Source of the DNA: Verrucomicrobiales bacterium | GTDB lineage: Bacteria; Verrucomicrobiota; Verrucomicrobiia; Limisphaerales; UBA1100 | Direction of reading: 5' to 3' | Assembly: GCA_038139415.1 (NCBI GenBank) | Contig: JAYOSV010000003.1 | Span: 84,700 to 148,699, forward strand | DNA length: 64,000 nucleotides | In this document: positions 8,679 to 17,888 of the stretch, piece by piece | Layout: each line of letters begins with the position of its first letter | Numbering within the stretch: position 1 is the first letter of the stretch | Notes under the pieces: model-generated | What the model saw: only the letters and a program-made list of their open reading frames with translations | What the model was told of the DNA's origin: nothing | Database searches by the model: none | Made by a program: the position numbers and the translations under genes

Positions 8679-10109
8679 ATGAGCCAATTCGATCTCTTTC
8701 CCTCCGACGTCAGCCGCCGCGCCTTTCTGGGCAAGGCCGGCTTGGGCAGCCTAGGCCTTGCTTCCCTGTTGAATCCCTCGTTGCTGTCCGCGGACCGGCC
8801 GCAGATTGACAAGTGGCCGGGCGTCCTCGCCATGCCACATCACAAGCCGAAAGTGAAACGGGTGATCCACCTGTGCATGGCCGGCGGCGCGAGTCATTTG
8901 GAGACGCTCGATTACAAGCCGAAGCTGCGCGAGATGGATGGCAAACCTATGCCTAAAAGCATCACCGAGGGCCAGCCGATTGCCCAGTTGCAGGGCAAGC
9001 GAAACAATTTGACCTGCCTCGGCCCGCAACATGATTTTCAGAAGTTTGGCCAATCCGGCCAACACATTTGCAATCTCTTCCCGCACATCGGGAGTGTGGC
9101 CGATGACATTGCGGTTATCCGTTCGTTGACCACCGATGCCATCAATCACGATCCCGCCCACACCCTCATGAACACCGGCACCACCATCAGCGGCCGGCCG
9201 AGCATGGGGTCGTGGATGCTGTACGGGCTCGGCGCGGAAACCGAAAACCTGCCCGGCTATTGCGTGCTCATCTCACGCGGCGGCGGACAGGACCAGCCCG
9301 TGGCCGCCCGGCAATGGCACGCGGGTTTTTTGCCCAGCCGTTTTCAGGGTGTGCAGTTGCGGGGGAAGGGCGATCCCGTTCTCTATGTGAAACGCCCCGA
9401 TGGCGTGGATGCCGATCGCCAGCGCGATGTTGTCGATGCTGTGCAACAGCTCAATCAACTGCAGAACGCCGCCGTGCAGGATCCGGAAATTACCACGCGC
9501 ATTTCGCAGTACGAGATGGCCTTCCGCATGCAGATGAGCGTGCCGGAGCTGGTCGATATTTCCAAGGAACCCAAGGGAGTTCTCGACCTGTACGGTGCGC
9601 AACCCGGCGATGGCTCGTTTGCCAGCAACTGCCTGCTCGCCCGGCGCTTGGCCGAGCGCGGCGTGCGGTTCATCCAACTCTATCACCGCGGTTGGGATCA
9701 TCACGGCGGCATCAAGGGCGCCATGCAAAATACCGCTAAGATCGTCGATCAAGGCGTTGCGGCGCTGATCAAGGATCTTAAGGGTTCCGGTTTGTGGGAA
9801 GACACTCTCATCCTTTGGGGTGCCGAATTTGGCCGCACGCCGATGGCGCAAGGCAGCGGGCGCGATCACCACATCAAGGGCTTCAGCTGCTGGTTCGCCG
9901 GCGGCGGCATCAAGGGCGGCATGAGCTACGGCAACACCGACGATTTCGGCTATAACGCCGTGGAAAACGTCGTGCACGTCAACGATCTCCACGCCACCAT
10001 TTTGCACCTCATGGGTGTCGACCACGAGAAGCTTACCTACCGCTTTCAGGGTCGCGACTTCCGGCTGACCGATGTGCACGGGAAAGTGCTCAAGCCGATC
10101 TTGGCTTGA
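8679..10109 (+). CDS. DUF1501 family protein, Tat-exported
   Basis: SRRAFL; GGASHLETLD; GWDHH; EFGRTP; GRDHH; RLTDVHG. Confidence 0.93.
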   Translation: MSQFDLFPSDVSRRAFLGKAGLGSLGLASLLNPSLLSADRPQIDKWPGVLAMPHHKPKVKRVIHLCMAGGASHLETLDYKPKLREMDGKPMPKSITEGQPIAQLQGKRNNLTCLGPQHDFQKFGQSGQHICNLFPHIGSVADDIAVIRSLTTDAINHDPAHTLMNTGTTISGRPSMGSWMLYGLGAETENLPGYCVLISRGGGQDQPVAARQWHAGFLPSRFQGVQLRGKGDPVLYVKRPDGVDADRQRDVVDAVQQLNQLQNAAVQDPEITTRISQYEMAFRMQMSVPELVDISKEPKGVLDLYGAQPGDGSFASNCLLARRLAERGVRFIQLYHRGWDHHGGIKGAMQNTAKIVDQGVAALIKDLKGSGLWEDTLILWGAEFGRTPMAQGSGRDHHIKGFSCWFAGGGIKGGMSYGNTDDFGYNAVENVVHVNDLHATILHLMGVDHEKLTYRFQGRDFRLTDVHGKVLKPILA

Positions 10110-10111
10110 TT

Positions 10112-10180
10112 TTTAACCGAAGAAGCACAGAGAAGATGATTGGAAAAAAACTCTGTGCTCTCTGTGTCTCTGTGGTGAAT
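10112..10180. repeat. Intergenic REP-like inverted repeat (CACAGAG / CTCTGTG family)
   Basis: AGCACAGAG...CTCTGTGCT followed by two more CTCTGTG units and GGTGAA. Confidence 0.6.
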
Positions 10181-10188
10181 TATTCATC

Positions 10189-11598
10189 ATGACAACCGAC
10201 TTAAATCGCCGCGCTTTCCTTGGACGTACGGGCTTGAGTCTGGGCAGCGTGGCGCTCGCCGCTCTGGGTGCGGGGCGCAAGACGGAGCGTTGGCCGGGCG
10301 TGGTGCGACCGTTGCATCATGCGGCGAAGGTGAAGCGGGTCATCTATTTGTACATGTCCGGCGGTCCATCGCATTTGGAGACGTTTGATGCGAACAAACC
10401 GGAGCTGGTGAAGCTGGACGGCCAGCCGATGCCGACATCGTACACTCAGGGGCAATCGATCGCGCAGTTGCAGAACCAGAAGCTCGCCTGTCTGCGGCCG
10501 CAGTTTCCGTTTAAAAAATTCGGCCAAAGCGGCACGGAGATGACCACGCTCTTTCCGCATCTTGCCAAGCACATTGATGATCTCGCGGTGATTCGTTCGA
10601 TGCACACCGATGCGATTAACCACGATCCGGCCAACACCCTTATGAACACCGGCACGCCCATCCCCGGCCGACCGAGCATGGGCTCGTGGATCCAGTACGG
10701 ACTTGGCAGCGAGGCGGAGGATTTGCCGGGGTTCGTGGTACTCAGTTCGCATGCGGGGCGAAGTCCGCAGCCGATCTCCGTACGCATGTGGCATGCGGGA
10801 TTTTTGCCGAGCCAGTTTCAGGGTATCCAACTGCGGTCCACTGGAGATCCGGTGATGTACGTGCGGCGACCCGGCGGCGTGGATGCCGCGCGCCAACGGG
10901 ATGTGGTGGATGCCGTGCAGGCACTCAACGATCTGCAGGCACCGCTCACGCGGGATCCGGAGATCGCCACGCGCATCGCACAGTATGAGATGGCTTTTAA
11001 AATGCAGTCGAGCGTGCCGGACCTGATGGATCTCACGAACGAACCGGCCGAGGCGCTTGATCTGTACGGCTGTAAACCTGGCGACGGTTCCTTTGCCAGT
11101 AACTGCCTGTTGGCGCGCCGGTTGGCCGAGCGCGGCGTGCGGTTCATTCAGCTCTATCATCGCGGTTGGGATCATCACAATGGTCTCGTGGATTACATGC
11201 AAAACCACTGCGGCCCGTCCGTGGACCGCGCTATTGCCGGACTGCTCACCGATCTCAAGCGCAAAGGCATGTTTGAGGATACGTTGATCGTTTGGGGCGG
11301 CGAATTCGGCCGCACGCCGATGGCCCAGCGCAACAAGGGCGCCGTGGGTCGTGATCATCACATGAAGGGTTTTAATCTTTGGCTCGCCGGCGGCGGCATC
11401 AAGGGCGGCGTGACCCATGGCACCACCGATCCGCTTGGCTACAACGCCGAGGAAAACCGCACCCACGTCAACGACCTCCACGCCACGCTCCTGCACCTGC
11501 TCGGCATCGATCACGAAAAGCTGACTTACCGCTTCCAAGGCCGGGACTTCCGCCTCACTGATGTGCACGGGAAACTGATTAAGCCGGTGTTGGCTTAA
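10189..11598 (+). CDS. DUF1501 family protein, tandem paralog of 8679..10109
   Basis: NRRAFL; shares long identical stretches with the neighbour (PGDGSFASNCLLARRLAERGVRFIQLYHRGWDHH; HEKLTYRFQGRDFRLTDVHGK). Confidence 0.93.
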   Translation: MTTDLNRRAFLGRTGLSLGSVALAALGAGRKTERWPGVVRPLHHAAKVKRVIYLYMSGGPSHLETFDANKPELVKLDGQPMPTSYTQGQSIAQLQNQKLACLRPQFPFKKFGQSGTEMTTLFPHLAKHIDDLAVIRSMHTDAINHDPANTLMNTGTPIPGRPSMGSWIQYGLGSEAEDLPGFVVLSSHAGRSPQPISVRMWHAGFLPSQFQGIQLRSTGDPVMYVRRPGGVDAARQRDVVDAVQALNDLQAPLTRDPEIATRIAQYEMAFKMQSSVPDLMDLTNEPAEALDLYGCKPGDGSFASNCLLARRLAERGVRFIQLYHRGWDHHNGLVDYMQNHCGPSVDRAIAGLLTDLKRKGMFEDTLIVWGGEFGRTPMAQRNKGAVGRDHHMKGFNLWLAGGGIKGGVTHGTTDPLGYNAEENRTHVNDLHATLLHLLGIDHEKLTYRFQGRDFRLTDVHGKLIKPVLA

Positions 11599-11615
11599 AT
11601 TTTATTTCCGAAACT

Positions 11616-12344
11616 CTAATCCCCGCCCAATGCATGCATAGCAATGCCGGCGGCGACACTGGCGTTTAATGAATTCACCCGGCCAAATTGCGGGATACCG
11701 ATGATGTGGTCGGCCATGTTGAGGATGAATTGGCCGACGGATTTGTCTTCGCCGCCGATCACAAGCAGTAGCTTTTCCGGTGCGGCGGCTTGCACGGTGT
11801 TGAGTGTGGTATTGCCGTTCATGTCCAGCGCGGCGATTTGGTAACCGGCCTCCTGCGCCTTGCGGGCGTATTGATTGGCCGACGCGTCACGGGCGATTTG
11901 CATGAACTCCGTGGCACCGGCGGAGACTTTCACCACCGAGGGATATACTTCGGGTACACCCCGCGTTGGCAGGCATACGCCTCGAAATCCGAACACCTCC
12001 GCACTGCGCAACACGGCACCGACATTGTGGGGATCCTCGATATTATCGAGGAGGAGAAGTCTTCGGTTTTCAAATAAATCCTCCTTAGGCGTATATGGGT
12101 AGAGTGAAGTTTTTAAAACCACACCCTGATGTTCGGTGGACTTAGAGAGCTGAATGAGTCGACCTTTTTCCACCCACTCCATAGGGACGGCGTGCTGCTC
12201 TAGCAACTTCACCAGCTTTTGCATGCGCGGCTTGTCGCGTGCGGATTGGTTCAGCCATGCCCCGTACACCGTGCGTCGCTTGGCGCGTAAGATTTCGAAG
12301 GCAGGATTGGTGCCATATACGTATTCGCGGGATGCCTTGGCCAT
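11616..12344 (-). CDS. TrmH/SpoU family rRNA 2'-O-methyltransferase (RlmB-like)
   Basis: HQGVV, LLDNIEDPHNVGAVLRSA, IGGEDKSV, VNSLNASVAAGI. Confidence 0.9.
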   Translation of the reverse strand: MAKASREYVYGTNPAFEILRAKRRTVYGAWLNQSARDKPRMQKLVKLLEQHAVPMEWVEKGRLIQLSKSTEHQGVVLKTSLYPYTPKEDLFENRRLLLLDNIEDPHNVGAVLRSAEVFGFRGVCLPTRGVPEVYPSVVKVSAGATEFMQIARDASANQYARKAQEAGYQIAALDMNGNTTLNTVQAAAPEKLLLVIGGEDKSVGQFILNMADHIIGIPQFGRVNSLNASVAAGIAMHALGGD

Positions 12345-12382
12345 GGCGGGGGAGACTAGGGCAGTGTCGGTATGAGGGCACG

Positions 12383-12413
12383 AAAAAACCCGCTGGAAGA
12401 TGTCCAGCGGGTT
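12383..12413 (-). terminator. Rho-independent terminator after the DUF6370-like gene
   Basis: Minus strand AACCCGCTGGA-catct-TCCAGCGGG followed by TTTTTT. Confidence 0.8.
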
Positions 12414-12436
12414 GGTGTGATTAATCTCAGAAGAAA

Positions 12437-12769
12437 TTACTTCTTCTTAGCAACAATCTTGGTGGCATTGAATTTGCCGTCCACAACCTTGCCGGTCACA
12501 TGGGCAGCTACGCTGGAGCCGGGTTTGCAAATGGTGCCGTGACCGATTCCTTCGCAACCCTTGCCTTTCACCAGCTTACCTGAGAGCAGGTAGGATACTT
12601 CCTTGCCATCTTTATCTTTCATGGTAACCGCAGCGCTGCATCCAGCACCCGCAATCTTGGCAGTGCACTTACCACATACAATCTTTGCCTCAACTGGCTT
12701 ATGATGATCAGCCAGTGCAATGAATGCAGTGAATGCAAAAGCCAATGCAAATGTAGTTAATTTTTTCAT
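12437..12769 (-). CDS. Small secreted Cys/His protein, DUF6370-like
   Basis: Signal peptide; CGKC...C...YLL...HGTIC...VTGKV...ATKI pattern. Confidence 0.7.
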   Translation of the reverse strand: MKKLTTFALAFAFTAFIALADHHKPVEAKIVCGKCTAKIAGAGCSAAVTMKDKDGKEVSYLLSGKLVKGKGCEGIGHGTICKPGSSVAAHVTGKVVDGKFNATKIVAKKK

Positions 12770-12830
12770 AGCTATATTCTTTCTGTTTGTTAACGCATTT
12801 GCCCGAGGGCGTTAAACCTCGGACGAAAGA

Positions 12831-12858
12831 AATCTACTGTTTATGCGTGTGATGGCAA
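12831..12858 (-). promoter_or_regulatory. sigma70-like promoter for 12437..12769
   Basis: Minus strand TTGCCA-N16-TAGATT, followed by a 5'UTR hairpin CCGAGG/CCTCGG at ~12803-12822. Confidence 0.5.
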
Positions 12859-12955
12859 GTTTTTCTATTTTTTCATTTCACCTCAAAAAACAGCAATTAA
12901 TCCTTGCTCAAAGCACTGCAGCACGGTCGAATGCCCCCCGGTTTATCGCAAGTTT

Positions 12956-13282
12956 ATGAAAAATACTATCTTAAGCCTGATGGTCGCCTGCTTTGGTTTG
13001 GCGATGGTGCACACCGCAGATGCGGCGGAAAAAATCACCCACGAGCAAATCGAGGAAGTGATGAAAAAAGGTTTCAAAGCCAAACTGCACAACGATCTGG
13101 CCGCCAATAAGGAAGTACTTGCGAAGTACGCCCAATGGCTTGCTGCTTACAAGCCTGAGAAGGGCGATGCGGCAAGCTGGAAAGCTAAGACCGGAGCCAT
13201 TGTGGCCGCCATCAAGGCGGGTGACCAGGCCGGGCTTAATAAGGCGGCCAATTGCAAAGCCTGCCATAACGTGCACAAGTAG
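12956..13282 (+). CDS. Small periplasmic monoheme cytochrome c with C-terminal heme motif (class II / c'-like)
   Basis: Signal peptide, Ala/Lys-rich helical body, C-terminal CKACH. Confidence 0.8.
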   Translation: MKNTILSLMVACFGLAMVHTADAAEKITHEQIEEVMKKGFKAKLHNDLAANKEVLAKYAQWLAAYKPEKGDAASWKAKTGAIVAAIKAGDQAGLNKAANCKACHNVHK

Positions 13283-13305
13283 GTTTACGCAAAGGTCCTT
13301 TTCAC

Positions 13306-13334
13306 AGGGTGCCTTTTTTAGGCACCTTTTTTTT
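13306..13334 (+). terminator. Rho-independent terminator
   Basis: GGTGCCT-ttttt-AGGCACC followed by T8. Confidence 0.8.
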
Positions 13335-13377
13335 GCCCATTGCTTGCGCCCACGATAAAATCCGACATAATTTCCTG

Positions 13378-16300
13378 ATGCGATTTGTGCTCCTCGTTTT
13401 ATTGGGATGGTCCGCTTCGTTATTGGCTGCGCCCAAGGTATCCGAAAAGCACGCGGCGCAGATGGCCAAGGGGCTGGCGTTGTTTAAAAGTGATGTGCGC
13501 ATGCTGCTTAAGCAGCACTGCGTGAAATGTCATGGCGGCGACAAGATTCGCGGGGATCTGGATCTCACCACGCGCGCCGGATTGCTCAAGGGCGGAGAGG
13601 AAGGGCCATCCGTCATTCCGGGCAAGGCGGGTGAAAGTTTCCTGATGACGGTGCTGCGGCACGAGGAGGAACCCTTCATGCCGGCCAAGGCCGATAAGCT
13701 TTCCCCGGATGCCCTCAAGAAAATTGCCGATTGGATAAACCTAGGCGCGCCTTACGATCAGCCACTGGTAAAGCAATCTATTGCCGGCAAAGGCATGCAG
13801 GTGACTGATGATGACCGGAATTTTTGGGCCTTCGCCCCGCTGAAGGCCGTCAAGGCGCCGGTGGTGCAACAGAAGAACTGGCCAGCCAACGACATTGACC
13901 GGTTTGTGTTGCGTAAACTGGAGTCGGCCAAGCTGCAGCCCAACGGGCTGGCGGATCCGCGCACGCAGATTCGTCGGTTGTATTTTGATTTGATCGGCCT
14001 GCCGCCGTCGCCGGCTGAAGTCGCGGCGTTTGTGGCCGATCCTTCGGAGCAGGCGTATGCAAAGGTTGTCGACCGTCTGCTTGCCTCCAAGCATTACGGC
14101 GAGCGATGGGGACGGCACTGGCTGGATGTGGCGCGTTTTGCCGAGAGCCATGGGTTTGAGCAGGATTACAACCGCAACTTTGCATTTCATTACCGCGACT
14201 TCGTCATTCAGGCGCTTAATGCCGATATGCCGTATGATCAGTTTGTGAAATGGCAGATCGCTGGGGACGAGTTGGCGCCGGACAATCCGTTGGCCATGAA
14301 GGCTACGGGCTTCCTCGGCGCGGGCGTGTTTCCCACGCAGTTGACCGAGAAGGAATTCGAATCCGCCCGTTACGATGAGCTCGATGATATGGCTAACACC
14401 ACGGGCACAGCGATGCTGGGGCTGACGATCGGCTGCGCGCGTTGTCACGATCACAAGTTCGATCCCATTCCCGTGCGCGATTACTATCGTTTCATCAACA
14501 CCTTCGCCACGACCATCCGCAGCGAGATTGATCTGCCGGTGAACGGTGATCTTACAGAGGTCGCTGCCAAATGGGAAAAGGCGCATGCGCCGCTCACAGC
14601 TGCCTTGGCCAAGTTTGAAAAGGACGAGTTGCCCAAGCGGTTTGCGTTGTGGGCGAAGAATCCGCCGAAGAGCGTACTGCAAAAGCAGGACTGGATGATC
14701 CTCGATCATCTGCAGCCCAAGTCGCTCGATGGTGCGACCTTTTCCAAACAGGCCGACGGCTCTTTTCTCGTGGGCGGCAAAAATCCCGCCAATGATCGGT
14801 GGGTGCTCACGGCCGAACTGCAGACGATGGGCCTGAACGCCATCCGGATCGAGGCGCTCACGGACAAGTCGATGCCCCGCAACGGCCCCGGCCGCGCGGG
14901 CAACGGCAATTTTGCACTGAGCGATATCCGCGTGTTTGCCGCCAACAAAAAAGGTGGCCAACGGGTGCCGGTGAAGCTGGTCAATCCCAAGGCCACGCAT
15001 CAGCAAAACACCGCCGGCTTGTCGGTGGCCAGCTCGATTGACAGCGACAAGCGCAAGAGCGGTTGGGCGGTAGATTTTGGAGGTATCGGTAAGGAACAGG
15101 CGGCGGTATTTGAATTCGCTGCGCCGGTCGGTTTCGAGGGCGGTACGATCCTGACGGTGGAGATGGATTTCTATGTGAACACCAGCCACACCATCGGTCG
15201 ACCCCGGTTAGCGGTGACTGCGGCGCCCCGACCGGTGGCGATCAAGGGTGATTCCAGCGCCGCCTCGGTGGCCACCTTGCTGGCTGCCGTGAAGCAGGCC
15301 GGCAGCGTGGAGAAGCTGGATGCCAAACAACGTGCGGCGTTACTGAAGATTTACCGCGCGCAGGACGCCGAGTGGACCAAACTGAACAATCACGTGCAGC
15401 AACACCTCGCCAGTAAGCCCGTGCCGAAGATGGAAAAGGTGCAGGTGACCAGCGAAGGCTTCAAACCCACCAAGCACCACGCCGATGGCCGCGGGTTCCC
15501 GCATTTTTACAAGCAGACCTATTTCCTGAAACGCGGTGATGCGAACCAGAAAGACGGCGAGGCCACGCAGGGCTTCCTGCAGGTGCTGATGCGCGGCGGC
15601 AAGAACGAGCAGTCGTGGCAGGTAGCACCGCCCGAGGGTTGGCGCACTAGTTACCGCCGGCGTTCGCTGGCCAATTGGCTTACGGACACCGAACACGGCG
15701 CGGGGCACTTGCTCGCGCGGGTGATGGCCAACCGCCTGTGGCAGCATCATCTCGGGCGCGGCATTGTGAATACGCCCAACGATTTTGGTCTGCAGGGCGA
15801 GCTACCCACGCATCCGCAGTTGCTCGACTGGCTGGCGCTGGAGCTGATCGAAAACGGCTGGCGGCTCAAGCCCTTGCACAAACAGATCGTGATGAGTGCC
15901 ACCTACCGCCAAAGCGCCGCACATGATGCCGCCAAGTTGAAGGCGGATCCGGAAAACAAACTGCACTGGCGCCGCACACCCGCGCGGCTGGAGGCGGAGG
16001 TGATTCGGGACAGTATCCTGAAGGTTAGCGGCCGGCTTGACGAGCGCATGTTCGGTGCCGGCACCCTTGATGAGCGCATGCTGCGGCGCAGTATTTATTT
16101 CATGATCAAGCGCAGCAAGCTCATCCCCAGCATGCAACTCTTCGATTCGCCTGAGCCGCTGGTGAGCCAGGGCAGCCGCCCGGTCACCATCATCGCTCCG
16201 CAGGCGCTGCACTTCATGAACAACGGTCAGGTGCGCGCTTCAGCCATGGAACTGGCCAGGCAGCTGAAAACACAGCCCGATACCGCCGCGGCCGTGACTC

Positions 16301-16467
16301 TGGGTTACCAAACCGTCCTTGGCCGCGCCCCCACGCCGAAAGAGCAGAAGTCGATCGCCAGCTTCATCGACGTGCAGGAAAAATCCTATACCAACAACGG
16401 CCGCGAACTTGCCCTTGCCGACTTCGTGCAGGTGCTGTTTGGGCTCAACGAATTTATCGTGCAATGA
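13378..16467 (+). CDS. PSD1/planctomycete cytochrome c protein (PSCyt1 + DUF1549 + insert + DUF1553)
   Basis: HCVKCHG; FWAF; DLIGLPP; YGERWGRHWLDVARFAES; CARCHDHKFDP; LLDWLA; APQAL. ATG 13378 gives a clean signal peptide. Confidence 0.93.
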   Translation: MRFVLLVLLGWSASLLAAPKVSEKHAAQMAKGLALFKSDVRMLLKQHCVKCHGGDKIRGDLDLTTRAGLLKGGEEGPSVIPGKAGESFLMTVLRHEEEPFMPAKADKLSPDALKKIADWINLGAPYDQPLVKQSIAGKGMQVTDDDRNFWAFAPLKAVKAPVVQQKNWPANDIDRFVLRKLESAKLQPNGLADPRTQIRRLYFDLIGLPPSPAEVAAFVADPSEQAYAKVVDRLLASKHYGERWGRHWLDVARFAESHGFEQDYNRNFAFHYRDFVIQALNADMPYDQFVKWQIAGDELAPDNPLAMKATGFLGAGVFPTQLTEKEFESARYDELDDMANTTGTAMLGLTIGCARCHDHKFDPIPVRDYYRFINTFATTIRSEIDLPVNGDLTEVAAKWEKAHAPLTAALAKFEKDELPKRFALWAKNPPKSVLQKQDWMILDHLQPKSLDGATFSKQADGSFLVGGKNPANDRWVLTAELQTMGLNAIRIEALTDKSMPRNGPGRAGNGNFALSDIRVFAANKKGGQRVPVKLVNPKATHQQNTAGLSVASSIDSDKRKSGWAVDFGGIGKEQAAVFEFAAPVGFEGGTILTVEMDFYVNTSHTIGRPRLAVTAAPRPVAIKGDSSAASVATLLAAVKQAGSVEKLDAKQRAALLKIYRAQDAEWTKLNNHVQQHLASKPVPKMEKVQVTSEGFKPTKHHADGRGFPHFYKQTYFLKRGDANQKDGEATQGFLQVLMRGGKNEQSWQVAPPEGWRTSYRRRSLANWLTDTEHGAGHLLARVMANRLWQHHLGRGIVNTPNDFGLQGELPTHPQLLDWLALELIENGWRLKPLHKQIVMSATYRQSAAHDAAKLKADPENKLHWRRTPARLEAEVIRDSILKVSGRLDERMFGAGTLDERMLRRSIYFMIKRSKLIPSMQLFDSPEPLVSQGSRPVTIIAPQALHFMNNGQVRASAMELARQLKTQPDTAAAVTLGYQTVLGRAPTPKEQKSIASFIDVQEKSYTNNGRELALADFVQVLFGLNEFIVQ

Positions 16468-17888
16468 ACACTCTGAATCACCTCAACCGCCGCCAGATGC
16501 TTCAACGGGCTGGCATGGGTATTGGCTCGCTGGGTTTGGCGAGTTTGCTCCAGCAGGAAGGCTTGGCTGCGCAAAATCCGTTGGCGGCGAAGAATCCACA
16601 TTTTAAGACCAAGGCCAAATCGGTCATTTGGCTCTTCATTAACGGCGGACCGAGCCATGTGGATACGTGGGATTACAAGCCGGAGCTGGCCAAGCGTGAC
16701 GGGCAGGCGCTGGAGGGGTTCGATCGGTTTACCGGCTTCTTTGCCAACGCGGTGGGTGGGCTGATGAAAAGCCCGTTTGAATTCAAACCGCACGGGCAAA
16801 GCGGTAAGCATGTCTCGTCCATTTTCCCAAACCTCTCCAAGCACGTAGACAAGATGGCGTTCATTCACTCGGGACACACGGAGAGCAACAACCATTCACC
16901 GGCGCTCTTCGCGATGAACTGCGGCCTGCCGCGAATGGGGTATCCGTGTGTTGGCTCATGGGTCACATACGGGCTGGGAAGCGAGAGCGACAGCCTGCCC
17001 GCATTTGTGGTGATGAGCGACCCGAAGGGACGCGGCCTGCCTAAGGGACATGCGGCCAACTGGGGCGCGGGCTTTTTGCCGAGCGTCTATCAGGGCACTC
17101 ACTTCAGGCCCACAGGCGATCCGATCGATAATCTCAAACGCCCCACCGGCATGAACGCCGAGCAGCAACGGCGGCAGCTTGATCTCTTGAAGACGCTGAA
17201 CCAACAGCACTTCGAAGTTAATCCGTTTGAGGAATCGTTGGCTGCGCGCATTGAGAGCTTTGAGCTGGCCTACCGCATGCAGAGCGCCGCGCCCGAGGCG
17301 TTGGCGGTGGATAAGGAACCGGAGCACATTCGCGCCATGTACGGGCTGGACGATGACAAATGCAAACACGTCGCCGCCCAATGCCTCACGGCCCGCCGTA
17401 TGGTGGAGCGCGGCGTGCGGTTCATTCAGATTTACAGCGGTGGCATGGAAAACCAGCGGAGCTGGGACGGTCACAACGACATCGCCGGCAACCACTCGCA
17501 GTTCGCCGGCGAAACCGACAAGCCGATCGCCGCGCTCCTTCAGGACCTGTCGCAGCGTGGGTTGCTGGACGAAACACTTGTCGTTTGGGGCGGCGAATTC
17601 GGCCGCCTGCCGGTGGCGCAGAAATCTAAGAAACCTGGGCGCGACCATAACCCGCACGCGCTCACCTACTGGATGGCCGGCGGCGGCGTGAAAGGCGGCG
17701 TAAGCTATGGCGAGACCGACGAGATCGGTCACAAAGCCGCCGTCGACAAATGCCACGTCAACGACCTCCACGCCACCATCCTTCACCTGCTGGGCATGGA
17801 TCACGAGAAACTCACCTACCGCCACAACGGCCGCGACTTCCGCCTAACCGACGTGGGCGGCGAAGTGGTGAAGGAGATTATCGCATGA
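16464..17888 (+). CDS. DUF1501 family protein, Tat-exported
   Basis: NRRQML; GGPSHVDTWD; WDGH; EFGRLP; GRDHNP. ATGA overlap with the upstream gene. Confidence 0.93.
   Translation: MNTLNHLNRRQMLQRAGMGIGSLGLASLLQQEGLAAQNPLAAKNPHFKTKAKSVIWLFINGGPSHVDTWDYKPELAKRDGQALEGFDRFTGFFANAVGGLMKSPFEFKPHGQSGKHVSSIFPNLSKHVDKMAFIHSGHTESNNHSPALFAMNCGLPRMGYPCVGSWVTYGLGSESDSLPAFVVMSDPKGRGLPKGHAANWGAGFLPSVYQGTHFRPTGDPIDNLKRPTGMNAEQQRRQLDLLKTLNQQHFEVNPFEESLAARIESFELAYRMQSAAPEALAVDKEPEHIRAMYGLDDDKCKHVAAQCLTARRMVERGVRFIQIYSGGMENQRSWDGHNDIAGNHSQFAGETDKPIAALLQDLSQRGLLDETLVVWGGEFGRLPVAQKSKKPGRDHNPHALTYWMAGGGVKGGVSYGETDEIGHKAAVDKCHVNDLHATILHLLGMDHEKLTYRHNGRDFRLTDVGGEVVKEIIA

Noticed and set aside
10112..10180. CTCTGTG repeats as a mini-CRISPR
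   Set aside because: Units are 7-9 nt with no unique spacers and no cas genes; the pattern fits a REP-like palindrome.
7597..17825. Long antisense ORFs (7597..8535, 9273..10079, 10201..11568, 13741..15189, 16956..17825, and similar ones at 45270..46247, 46863..47798, 48210..49322)
   Set aside because: They mirror well-supported genes on the other strand, show no family motifs, and are expected from high-GC codon bias.
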